Virus record (IMG/VR): IMGVR_UViG_3300005323_000091 | Location: 1-27,407 of that record | Strand: one strand, 5' to 3' | From: a virus | Taxonomy: Duplodnaviria; Caudoviricetes | DNA: 27,407 nucleotides | Shown: positions 9,784 to 17,459 of the stretch, in pieces | Numbering within the stretch: the first letter of the stretch is position 1 | Layout of the letters: each line of letters opens with the position of its first letter | Made by a program: the position numbers and the translations under genes | The notes under the pieces: generated by a model | What the model saw: the letters and a program-made list of their open reading frames with translations, nothing else | Databases searched by the model: none | Told to the model about the DNA's origin: nothing

Positions 9784-9969
9784 GTGGGCAATATTGTGGT
9801 TTTCGCAGTTGTGCTCGAAGTTGTGTTAGGGGAAGAAATTTATTTCTTCTACGGGGTAGCAACCTCTCTTAAGAGTGCTCAGGACAGGGCTTTGGAGAAC
9901 ATGCATCGGGAGGAATACTTAAAATGTATCAAGTACGTTCTTGTTGCAACTCACTATACAGTCCTATGA
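9784..9969 (+). CDS. Hypothetical protein
   Basis: 61 aa; strong TAAGGAGG before GTG; ATGA coupling to next gene. Confidence 0.55.
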   Translation: MGNIVVFAVVLEVVLGEEIYFFYGVATSLKSAQDRALENMHREEYLKCIKYVLVATHYTVL

Positions 9970-10796
9970 AAAGGAGCAAAAAAATGAACGCGAAAATTAA
10001 AGAGGCTCCGATTACAGACCACTTAAAAATCTTTAAGGGGGTGTACAACGGGGAAATCGGTTCCGTATCAAGAGAGTTCAACTGCAACAAGCTTTTGTTA
10101 GTTCCTGTTGGAGATGTTCATCTCGGTGCGCCCACCTGTAATATCATAAAGTTTGAGAAGGCTTTGGCTTTCGTTGAACGAACCGACTGTCAGGTAATCC
10201 TGATGGGGGACTTGATGGAAGCGGCCAGTAAGAACTCCGTAGGTGCTGGTTGGGTTGAGCAAACTGGAAGTCCTCAAGCACAGCTTGACGCATTGTATGA
10301 GGTCTTGCTTCCGATTCGGGAGAAGATTTTGGTCGTCTTGGAAGGTAATCACGAAGAACGCATCTGGAAAGATTCGGGGATTCGTGTTTCCAAGGTGCTA
10401 GCCAAAATGCTCAAGGTCCCGTTCGGGGGTTACTCGGCATTTTTGAAACTGAAAGTGCGTAAAAACAATTATATTGTCCACGCACAGCACGGTTCCTCGA
10501 ACGCCTGGTACCCTCACACAAAGCTCACGGCTGCAATGCGTACTGCACAGCACACGGATGCTGACCTGTATTTGTATGGTCACACCCACGAACTGCTCTC
10601 AATCAAGGTTCCAAGACGCTCCATTGATAAGCGAAATCGCACAATTGCAACTTGTGAAAAGTATTTCGTTTTAACTGGTTCGTTCTTGGAATACGAAGGC
10701 TCGTACGCACAGAAAAAGAATATGTACCCGATTGAAACCGGCATCGCAAATATCACCTTGTCAGGTGAACATTGGGACATTCACTGCTCTGTGTAA
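9966..10796 (+). CDS. Calcineurin-like metallophosphoesterase
   Basis: GDVHLG, GDLME, GNHE, QHG and GHTH motifs. Start moved to ATG 9966 (overlaps upstream TGA). Confidence 0.85.
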   Translation: MKRSKKMNAKIKEAPITDHLKIFKGVYNGEIGSVSREFNCNKLLLVPVGDVHLGAPTCNIIKFEKALAFVERTDCQVILMGDLMEAASKNSVGAGWVEQTGSPQAQLDALYEVLLPIREKILVVLEGNHEERIWKDSGIRVSKVLAKMLKVPFGGYSAFLKLKVRKNNYIVHAQHGSSNAWYPHTKLTAAMRTAQHTDADLYLYGHTHELLSIKVPRRSIDKRNRTIATCEKYFVLTGSFLEYEGSYAQKKNMYPIETGIANITLSGEHWDIHCSV

Positions 10797-10837
10797 GAAA
10801 AACCCCTCGATGAGAAATCAAAGAGGGGTTGTCTTTT
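10797..10837 (+). terminator. Intrinsic terminator, possibly bidirectional
   Basis: AACCCCTC..GAGGGGTT stem, A-run before and GTCTTTT after, right after the phosphoesterase stop. Confidence 0.65.
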
Positions 10838-10842
10838 GGGTA

Positions 10843-10870
10843 TTGCATTATTCGTTGTTTGTTGTATCAT
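10843..10870 (+). promoter_or_regulatory. Sigma70-like leaderless promoter
   Basis: TTGCAT-16 nt-TATCAT-ataact-ATG(10877). Confidence 0.5.
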
Positions 10871-10876
10871 ATAACT

Positions 10877-11428
10877 ATGGCAATAACATACGATAAGAAA
10901 TGCGAAATGTGTGGTGAGCGTTTTGTAGCCAAAGTTCACAACAAGCGTTTTTGTTCTAAGAAGTGTTGGAGAGAGTCCTGCAAAGACAAAATATACGCTA
11001 GGAGAAAGGCTTGGCGAAAGAAAAACTTAGAACGAGAACGAAATAGGTGGCAAGAATACGCAAAACAAAAGGAGTTAGAGAACCCTAATTGGAACAGAGA
11101 ACGTGCCAAACTATTTAGAATTAGACACCCACAACAGAGCGCCATAAATCACGACAGAGAATATTTTGATGGTAACAAACTTCCTGTTATGGAGAGAGAT
11201 AATTTTACTTGTAAAATATGTGGTTTTGTTGGCAGTGGTTATATAGAACGTAGACTGGCTGTCCATCACATAGACGGCTGTAGAACAAATAATAATGTCA
11301 ATAATTTAGTCACACTGTGTGACCCCTGTCATAGAAAATTGACAGGCTACCAAATATTTAAACGTTTTTTGAGAGAGCCTGGGGTTAACAGAAAGTTGCT
11401 AGAAGAACTAGCAGAAAAAGCACAATAA
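10877..11428 (+). CDS. HNH homing endonuclease with N-terminal Zn finger
   Basis: CEMCG..FCSKKC; MERDNFTCKICG..VHHIDG..NN..NLVTLCDPCH. Start moved to in-frame ATG 10877. Confidence 0.85.
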   Translation: MAITYDKKCEMCGERFVAKVHNKRFCSKKCWRESCKDKIYARRKAWRKKNLERERNRWQEYAKQKELENPNWNRERAKLFRIRHPQQSAINHDREYFDGNKLPVMERDNFTCKICGFVGSGYIERRLAVHHIDGCRTNNNVNNLVTLCDPCHRKLTGYQIFKRFLREPGVNRKLLEELAEKAQ

Positions 11429-11430
11429 GC

Positions 11431-11598
11431 CTAAACCCCCGTTTTTAATGGTAAATCTAAATCGCCAAAAAATTCTACAACATCAAGTTTAACAGATACC
11501 GGACAACTCTCTTTTAAAATACGGGACAGCTGAAGGAAATACTCTTTAGTGGTTAGTTTCCCCTGCTTATATAAAATACGAAGTTCTTGTTTACTCAC
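11431..11598 (-). CDS. Small hypothetical protein (55 aa)
   Basis: GAAAGGGGG-ctc-GTG gives MSKQELRILYKQGKLTTKEYF..; the longer tracked N-terminus (MWITMWIT) is just the DnaA boxes translated. Confidence 0.55.
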   Translation of the reverse strand: MSKQELRILYKQGKLTTKEYFLQLSRILKESCPVSVKLDVVEFFGDLDLPLKTGV

Positions 11599-11625
11599 GA
11601 GCCCCCTTTCAAATGTAAGTACGAG

Positions 11626-11666
11626 ATATCCACATAAAGGGTGAGTTATCCACATAGTTATCCACA
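11626..11666 (+). promoter_or_regulatory. Cluster of three co-oriented DnaA boxes (candidate origin or DnaA-regulated site)
   Basis: ATATCCACA 11626-11634 (one mismatch), TTATCCACA 11646-11654 and 11658-11666 (perfect consensus). Confidence 0.7.
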
Positions 11667-11876
11667 CCCCTGCTTTAGAACAACCCCTGCAAAAGACTGC
11701 TGGTTTTATTTATCTAGATAGAAATACAATCAGTTTGTATTTTTAAAAACATCTACTTGTTGTGGGTTTTATCTCCCCAAATAGACTCGGTACTAGCTCT
11801 TAACTCGTTGCTTGTAGGAAGCCGTACTTACCTTTCCGGCTATACGCCTGCCGAGAGAACCACCGATTTTGAATAT

Positions 11877-11899
11877 AAAAAACGACCCATTAGGGCGCG
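11877..11899 (-). terminator. Terminator-like hairpin
   Basis: Minus strand CGCGCCC-TAAT-GGGTCG-TTTTTT. Confidence 0.45.
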
Positions 11900-12007
11900 T
11901 GACTTGCTTTTTAGTTGTTTTAATGATATATTTAGCATAGATATTTTACATAGACATTCTAACATATTACCCTCGCTCAGTCGAGGGTTTATGTTTTCTC
12001 CTCGAAT

Positions 12008-12103
12008 AAGACGCGGTATCCGCTGAAGCCTATCAGGCAGGAGTATTATTTAAAATGTATAGTCCTGGTCGTAGACGTTGTAGCCTCTGCAGATACCGTC
12101 TCG
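12008..12103 (-). ncRNA. Candidate structured RNA element downstream of ninG
   Basis: Minus strand GAGACG-GUAUCUGC-A-GAGGC pairs with GCUUC-A-GCGGAUAC-CG-CGUCUU, enclosing GUC/GAC and CAGG/CCUG helices; G-U pairs favour the minus strand. Folded by eye. Confidence 0.4.
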
Positions 12104-12137
12104 TAAATGTTACTCTACTTTCTTTGGTGGCGCAATC

Positions 12138-12551
12138 CTAATAGTTTGCAAGTTCGTTAAATTTTCTTTGATATAACGCTAGAATTTCTTCCAATTCTTC
12201 TCTTCTCCACGTCTTGTCCTTGTTATGTCGTAATTCTAGAAATTCCACGGTTGCAGGTATTCCAAAAATTTCTATCATCTTGGGCGTGTAAGAATCCTTA
12301 TTGCCTTTTTTCTTGATGTTGCAGCCAAAACACTGTGCGTGGACAAGGTCTTCGTTAAAAAGAACGGGCTTGGTTCTACTATCAACGAAATGTCCCGCCT
12401 GAAGTTCCTTAAATGGGTAGACTCTCCCACAGGTGATGCAAGAGCCGTAGTCTAGCGTTCCTTGTGTCAGCAAGCAGTCTCTTGCTCTTATGTATTTTGA
12501 GAATATATCCCAAGCATCTTTTTTTAATTTAGAAATTGTTTTTTTCTTCAT
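12138..12551 (-). CDS. ninG: NinG/Rap-family recombination endonuclease
   Basis: FSKYIRARD..CITCG..LQAGHF..FNEDLVHAQCFGCN..GN; start moved to ATG 12551 (ATGA overlap). Confidence 0.85.
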   Translation of the reverse strand: MKKKTISKLKKDAWDIFSKYIRARDCLLTQGTLDYGSCITCGRVYPFKELQAGHFVDSRTKPVLFNEDLVHAQCFGCNIKKKGNKDSYTPKMIEIFGIPATVEFLELRHNKDKTWRREELEEILALYQRKFNELANY

Positions 12552-12847
12552 AACATGTATTTTACGCTTAAAAAGAACTGACCCCCATGACCAAAATCGT
12601 CTTTCTTGCCGTATTTTATCCACTCAAATACTTTAGATTTGTAACTTGTTCCCCGGTGTGTGGTGATATTTATATACTTGACACCCGCCGATAAAAGCCT
12701 AGTTAGAACATCTTCCTGTAGTCCGTACCCAGAATACTTAACCATAAAATGCTTAGAATTAACTTTTCTAAAGAAGGTATCCCCCTCAATATATCCAGAA
12801 CGGACTTCCTTGCCTTTTTTCTTATCAAATGTTCTTACGTTAATCAT
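12548..12847 (-). CDS. Hypothetical phage protein
   Basis: MINVRTFDKKKG..DFGHGGQFFL; ATGA-coupled on both sides. Confidence 0.6.
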   Translation of the reverse strand: MINVRTFDKKKGKEVRSGYIEGDTFFRKVNSKHFMVKYSGYGLQEDVLTRLLSAGVKYINITTHRGTSYKSKVFEWIKYGKKDDFGHGGQFFLSVKYML

Positions 12848-12990
12848 ACCCGCCTCCACTTAAACCCCCCGGCTTGGTCGTACCTGCCTTGCAGAGCGCA
12901 GTAAATACTCGTAATACCTGTGACCCTCATAGCTTCGGCTACACTAGGAAAAGTTGCTACAGTTTCCCCGTCTTTTATTTGAAGTATCAT
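12844..12990 (-). CDS. Stand-alone NUMOD1/IENR1 DNA-binding domain protein (48 aa, absent from ORF track)
   Basis: Manual translation MILQIKDGETVATFPSVAEAMRVTGITSIYCALQGRYDQAGGFKWRRV; F.S..EA.R.TGI..AGGF.W pattern; ATGA overlaps at both ends. Confidence 0.75.
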   Translation of the reverse strand: MILQIKDGETVATFPSVAEAMRVTGITSIYCALQGRYDQAGGFKWRRV

Positions 12991-13535
12991 ATAAGTCCGC
13001 TTTCTGAGAAAAATTTATGTATTTCTGGCGCAACGCTATCTACGATATTTCTAGCCTTTTCTCTAAGCCTTTCGGAATTATGTATAATGGCGTAATCTGT
13101 CTTCTTTTCGTATTGGTTGTGCCTTATCAGGTAGGCTAGGTCGACATTTATGTTTGCAATCTCACAGATGAGAAAGTAGAGCGGAATTTGACCTGTTCTA
13201 GCCCACTCCAAGGAGTCTGACACCCCCGTTTTAAACTCATATAAGTTGGGTTCGTCAAGGCAGTCGAACACTCCCTTAATATCACAGATTTCATTATAAG
13301 GAACGGTGATTTCAAACTCAGGCTTAGGGGTAAGGAATTTCCCTGTAAACTCCATATAATCAGGGAGTGTGTTATAAGTCTTGATATTCTCTGCGATTTC
13401 TTCGTGAAAACGCTTACCGTCCTCCATCTGCTGAGTTCCTTTTCGGTTCAAGTGGAAGTACATATCAACAGCACCTTGGGTATCTCCGCGCTCCCAAGTC
13501 GCGATTAAACTATGCGATAAGCGGATTTTCGTCAT
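12987..13535 (-). CDS. PD-(D/E)XK nuclease (RecB/Cas4-like exonuclease)
   Basis: LSHS..GKRFHE..KGVFD..YEFKTG..QIPLY motifs. Confidence 0.75.
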   Translation of the reverse strand: MTKIRLSHSLIATWERGDTQGAVDMYFHLNRKGTQQMEDGKRFHEEIAENIKTYNTLPDYMEFTGKFLTPKPEFEITVPYNEICDIKGVFDCLDEPNLYEFKTGVSDSLEWARTGQIPLYFLICEIANINVDLAYLIRHNQYEKKTDYAIIHNSERLREKARNIVDSVAPEIHKFFSESGLI

Positions 13536-14176
13536 CTGCTACCTCCATAGGTTTCTGTTTTCCTGTGACATTCTACACACAAGGTTCTTCCGTTGTCTAT
13601 AGCAAACCTCAACTCTGGGTAATCACACCAAGGTTTTATGTGGTCTGCGTTTAGTTCTACGCCCCTCCTACCGCACCACACACAAGTATAATTATCCCTC
13701 TCAAATACTGCTTTTCTCCACAGTCTGTATTCAGCTAAGGACATAATATACTGTCGCTCTGTTTTATTGACTCTGGATATTCCGCCCTTCCAATTCCACG
13801 CTTTATCGCCTCTATTTATGGGAGGTCTGTTTCCAATCCTTTTTTGTGCCAAACTCATTTTCTTTTTGGTTTCTTCTGATGCCTTTTCTCGTACCCTGTT
13901 AAAAAATTCTTTTATAGGGTGTTTTTTCATGTAGTCACTCCTCATTTTTCTATATTCCTCAGACCTTTTTCCCCTGTTACCTACAGGATGGGAGTCGGGA
14001 AACTTCTTTCCTTTCTTCGCTCTAGCAAAGCTTCTCAACTGCTCTATGTTAGTTGGCATTTTGCCTTTTTGGCTCTCGGTATAGCAGTCCTTTGAGCAAA
14101 ACTTATCTTTCCCCGTTCTTAAATTGTACGGGCGCGCGTTAAAGGTTTTATTGCAGTTCAGGCAGGTTGTTTTCAT
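13532..14176 (-). CDS. HNH homing endonuclease with Zn finger and NUMOD3-like motif
   Basis: CLNC..FCSKDC; SEETKKKMSLAQK; NWKGG; WRKAVFERDNYTCVWCG..ADHIKPW..NGRTLCVECH. Start moved to ATG 14176 behind GAGGAGG. Confidence 0.85.
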   Translation of the reverse strand: MKTTCLNCNKTFNARPYNLRTGKDKFCSKDCYTESQKGKMPTNIEQLRSFARAKKGKKFPDSHPVGNRGKRSEEYRKMRSDYMKKHPIKEFFNRVREKASEETKKKMSLAQKRIGNRPPINRGDKAWNWKGGISRVNKTERQYIMSLAEYRLWRKAVFERDNYTCVWCGRRGVELNADHIKPWCDYPELRFAIDNGRTLCVECHRKTETYGGSR

Positions 14177-14600
14177 TTTCCTCCTCGTTGTACGTGATAG
14201 ATAAAATAGCAGGTCTTTCCTTTTCCGCGATACCTTCTGGAAGTTCACCAACCTCTTTAAAATACTTATCCACCTTATCAGCATCTACCGAGAAATACTC
14301 TTTTTTCTTTAAAAATGGCTCACAATCTGCTTTCTTCTTCCAATCGTACTCATACTTCGCACCGAATTTCCTGTAAATACACTTAACCTTATCACCTAAC
14401 ACCCCCTTAAAATTCGGATTCAACTCTTTACCAAGTATCCCTATTTGTTGTTTAACACTATCTTCAAGGGCTTGAAGCATAAGTATTGTTTCGTGCAACC
14501 GAAGGAGAGCCGATTCTGCTTCCGGTTTAAATATGAACTTCTCCCCCTCTTGGGCTAGGAGCGTCATCTCTTTTGGGTCTATCTTTATTATTTCGTTCAT
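14148..14600 (-). CDS. Hypothetical protein, weak resemblance to Gp157/Gam-like family
   Basis: 150 aa; C-terminal VDADKVDKYFKEVGELPEGI; near the exonuclease. Confidence 0.45.
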   Translation of the reverse strand: MNEIIKIDPKEMTLLAQEGEKFIFKPEAESALLRLHETILMLQALEDSVKQQIGILGKELNPNFKGVLGDKVKCIYRKFGAKYEYDWKKKADCEPFLKKKEYFSVDADKVDKYFKEVGELPEGIAEKERPAILSITYNEEENENNLPELQ

Positions 14601-14662
14601 TTTGTAAACCTTTCAACTAGCCACCACCATATTTCTTTCCACCACTTATTTTTTATTCTCAT
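14597..14662 (-). CDS. Trp-rich 21-aa peptide (absent from ORF track)
   Basis: AAAGGAG-accccg-ATG; MRIKNKWWKEIWWWLVERFTK; ATGA overlap with the 14600 start. Confidence 0.5.
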   Translation of the reverse strand: MRIKNKWWKEIWWWLVERFTK

Positions 14663-14686
14663 CGGGGTCTCCTTTAATTAAATAAC

Positions 14687-14773
14687 TTGTCGGGCGCGGC
14701 AACCTCGTCGGTTCGCAACTACTTAAGTTAGTCAACCGATATTTCCAAGCGTAGGTTGTTACGCGCCCTACAA
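14687..14773 (-). ncRNA. Long intergenic stem-loop (RNase III site-like)
   Basis: Nested helices TTGT/ACAA, GGGCGCG/CGCGCCC, CAACCT/AGGTTG, TCGGTT/AACCGA. Confidence 0.55.
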
Positions 14774-14774
14774 A

Positions 14775-14996
14775 TCATTCCCCCTTACCCCCTTTAGTTT
14801 GTGAATTGAACATCTTGTAGGTAATTAGGGTGTCATCTATCAAGTCACTTACAGTTTCCCACCTCTCACCTTCTTCCTGAAAATTACTATTGGGTGCGTC
14901 TATTACATCGCATATCTCATCGGATAACTTTAGGTAGTAACCAGCTTCCGTACCAAAGAAATATCCTTTGTCTGTTTTTATTATTCTGTCTTTCAT
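14775..14996 (-). CDS. Hypothetical early protein
   Basis: 73 aa, ATGA-coupled; ends SQTKGGKGE. Confidence 0.6.
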   Translation of the reverse strand: MKDRIIKTDKGYFFGTEAGYYLKLSDEICDVIDAPNSNFQEEGERWETVSDLIDDTLITYKMFNSQTKGGKGE

Positions 14997-15235
14997 TCTT
15001 TACCTCCTTTAGTTTGTGATAGGTACTTCTTTATAAGGTTGGAGTAATCGTAGTCCACCGTAGGAGCATAGAGCCACCTAGCGAAATCAAATAACGCTTC
15101 TTTTCTTTCCTTTTGTATTAGCTTGAATGCCCACCGTAAAAAGACAGCTATTTCAGGGCTTATTTCAATGCCCGTAAGTTCAAACCACTTATTATGTAGT
15201 GTTACTTCCTCTATCTGTTCATCTATATCTTTCAT
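14993..15235 (-). CDS. Hypothetical early protein
   Basis: 80 aa; AAAGGA before ATG; ends SQTKGGKE. Confidence 0.6.
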   Translation of the reverse strand: MKDIDEQIEEVTLHNKWFELTGIEISPEIAVFLRWAFKLIQKERKEALFDFARWLYAPTVDYDYSNLIKKYLSQTKGGKE

Positions 15236-15258
15236 TTGTTTTCCTTTAATTGAATACT

Positions 15259-15710
15259 AAGTAGGGCGTGCAGAAACTAATTACTTTACTTTCTTACAGG
15301 CTGAGAGTCCTGCCACTCTTTGTCCGTCAAATGGAAGCGTCTGACAAACTCAATGGAGTCGTTTCTGGTTTCCATTATCTTATTGCCAATTAAGTCCTTG
15401 GCTATTTTTGCCTTTTCGTCAGGCAAGGACAACTCTATTACGTTATAGATTTCCCGAAAGGTAGAGTTGAACCTATCGTAAATCCTTCTGGCAATATTTT
15501 CACACCAGTCTTTGTGTTTTGTAGCGTCTTGCCAACCTTCCGCCACAACAGAGTCCCCGTCAATGTGCTTTTGTGCGTGTTCCGCACCGCATATCCAACA
15601 CACTTCGGGGAGTCCTTGTGAAGAATCGGCTGTTATGCCGTCTTCATTTTTTCTTCTTTCATCTGTTACTTTACTCATACTAAACTCCTTACTAGACTAC
15701 ACGCCCTATT
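15259..15710. repeat. Inverted repeat enclosing one gene
   Basis: TAGGGCGTGCAG (15262-15273) and CTACACGCCCTA (15697-15708); 12-bp helix with one G-U on minus-strand RNA. Confidence 0.6.
15286..15678 (-). CDS. Hypothetical early protein with CxxC motif
   Basis: 130 aa; TAAGGAG SD; CWICG. Confidence 0.65.
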   Translation of the reverse strand: MSKVTDERRKNEDGITADSSQGLPEVCWICGAEHAQKHIDGDSVVAEGWQDATKHKDWCENIARRIYDRFNSTFREIYNVIELSLPDEKAKIAKDLIGNKIMETRNDSIEFVRRFHLTDKEWQDSQPVRK

Positions 15711-15716
15711 CAGTTT

Positions 15717-16160
15717 TCAATGTTCCCCCTCTCCATTTGGTTGTTTGGTTTTGAGGGCTAAATCAGCTTGTAGTTCAACTATTCTTTTGTTCAGTCTCTC
15801 CAATTGCTCCTGCACGCCTTCCCTTTTCTTAATCAAACTATCAAGTAAAAACTGCTTTTGTCCCTGCGGTATATCATCTGAACACTCCTCAATAAGTTTT
15901 TTCATATCGGCTACATTTTGTCGGTTAGTGCTGATAAAGTATCTTTTGTCCTCTGCTTCCAACAGGTTAATAACCTCTAAAGCGATATCCTCAAAATCAA
16001 AGTCTGTGTGTTCCATTTCATACTCGGTTTTAATGTTTACCCTTTTTATAGGTTCGGGATTGCCGTATTCCCATAAGGTAATGTTAGTTGATACGCTTTC
16101 TTCCGATGGGTCACAGAGGTTAAAACGCCCTGTTCTTGATTGTATTGTTAGATATTTCAC
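15717..16160 (-). CDS. Hypothetical early protein with C-terminal coiled coil
   Basis: 147 aa; GTGA coupling. Confidence 0.6.
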   Translation of the reverse strand: MKYLTIQSRTGRFNLCDPSEESVSTNITLWEYGNPEPIKRVNIKTEYEMEHTDFDFEDIALEVINLLEAEDKRYFISTNRQNVADMKKLIEECSDDIPQGQKQFLLDSLIKKREGVQEQLERLNKRIVELQADLALKTKQPNGEGEH

Positions 16161-16576
16161 TTCCCCTCACTTTCATTTAACTTATTACTGCTATCTTTGG
16201 TGGGTTGGTCGGGGTATAAAACCTCTAATAAATCATCAAGACATTTCCCCTCAATCACTGTGTAATATTTCATTAGTACACTTTCCACCCGCCCTACAAA
16301 CCTTTTTCTAATATTTTCCACATCAACGCTTTGGGTAGTGTCGGGTTTACTGCTATCTTTGGTGGGTTGGCTTAGATACTCTTTAGCACAAGTGTTCAAT
16401 ACTCTTGCTATTGAGTCCCTGCTACCCTTACCTCTGGTAATAATCCCGACTTGCTCATAAAAATCAATCAAAAACTCGTTGTAGTCTTCTATCAAATCCC
16501 CCCCACTAATGCTTTGAGTTGGTTTGGGATATTCTATCTCGTTGTTAGGTTTAACCTTACTATTGTACTTTTTCAT
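16157..16576 (-). CDS. Hypothetical early protein with internal QPTKDSS repeat
   Basis: 139 aa; GGAGG SD; ATGA coupling. Confidence 0.6.
   Translation of the reverse strand: MKKYNSKVKPNNEIEYPKPTQSISGGDLIEDYNEFLIDFYEQVGIITRGKGSRDSIARVLNTCAKEYLSQPTKDSSKPDTTQSVDVENIRKRFVGRVESVLMKYYTVIEGKCLDDLLEVLYPDQPTKDSSNKLNESEGK
16185..16370. repeat. Exact 24-bp direct repeat
   Basis: TTACTGCTATCTTTGGTGGGTTGG at 16185-16208 and 16347-16370. Confidence 0.9.
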
Positions 16577-17211
16577 TGTAAATCCTCCAAAAAGAAATCA
16601 AATACTTCATTAGGTGTTCCGTACACTTTGAAACTGCCTTCCTCTGTGAATTGTTCCCTAAAAGCCTTCTTTTTTCTCGTAATTGTCAGATATGCTAGGT
16701 TCTTTATGAGAGTAGAAAGCTCCCTTTCGGCTCTTGCAAAGTTAAATCCGTTGTACTCGCTATCAAAACAGGCTCTTAGTATTTCTTCTATCAAGTCGTC
16801 GGGTTCACTAATGGGTTCAACGGGTCGGTCATGCTTTTTCGTTACCTTATTCGTTACCCCACCAACTACTTCCCTTACCGTTTCGGTTAAGTCGGGCTGA
16901 AACCACTTAAATATCTTCCTGTCGTACTTGCCCTCTTTGAACTTTTTGAGGTCGTAGCAGTTGTCTGCCAAGAACTCTTTGAAATCACTAAATCTTTGGT
17001 CGGGTTTACTGACACCCCCGTTACCGGGAATCACCTTATTTTTACCCGTTGCCGGGAATCCCGGTGTTTCCTCATATAAAGATACGAGTTCGTCAACTAT
17101 CTTGTTGAGGGCGTAAGCTATTTCAGGTGATATTTCTATCCTAGTTTTGTCAAAAAATATTCTATGTGCCATAGCTTTTTCTTCTTTCTGTCTATATTCT
17201 TGTTTGGTCAT
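16573..17211 (-). CDS. Hypothetical early protein, mosaic
   Basis: 212 aa; AAGGAG SD; shares IEISPEIA with the 14993 gene. Confidence 0.6.
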   Translation of the reverse strand: MTKQEYRQKEEKAMAHRIFFDKTRIEISPEIAYALNKIVDELVSLYEETPGFPATGKNKVIPGNGGVSKPDQRFSDFKEFLADNCYDLKKFKEGKYDRKIFKWFQPDLTETVREVVGGVTNKVTKKHDRPVEPISEPDDLIEEILRACFDSEYNGFNFARAERELSTLIKNLAYLTITRKKKAFREQFTEEGSFKVYGTPNEVFDFFLEDLQ

Positions 17212-17459
17212 AGGTTCTCCTTTTGGTCGTAGTTATGTTGTTCGTCTCTTTTGTGGTAGTCGGTGTTACTTGAACAATCAACCCAAATAACCATATCAAC
17301 TATTGCACCATCTTCTATTTCCTTATTCGCTTTAGGTAGGTTTTTATTCCAAAGTTCAAGGGCTTTTTTCCTTGTTATCAGGTCGGTATCTACATAGATA
17401 CTTATACCCCCGTAACGCCCAAAGTCAGTTGCATATTGAAACATACAATCTTTTTTCAT
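17208..17459 (-). CDS. Hypothetical early protein
   Basis: 83 aa, ATGA-coupled on both sides. Confidence 0.55.
   Translation of the reverse strand: MKKDCMFQYATDFGRYGGISIYVDTDLITRKKALELWNKNLPKANKEIEDGAIVDMVIWVDCSSNTDYHKRDEQHNYDQKENL

Noticed and set aside
11667-11700. DnaA-trio unwinding element next to the boxes
   Set aside because: A C-run follows the last box but no convincing trinucleotide repeat.
14687-15710. Integron attC sites
   Set aside because: Arms do not give RYYYAAC..GTTRRRY in the right order and no integron integrase is present.
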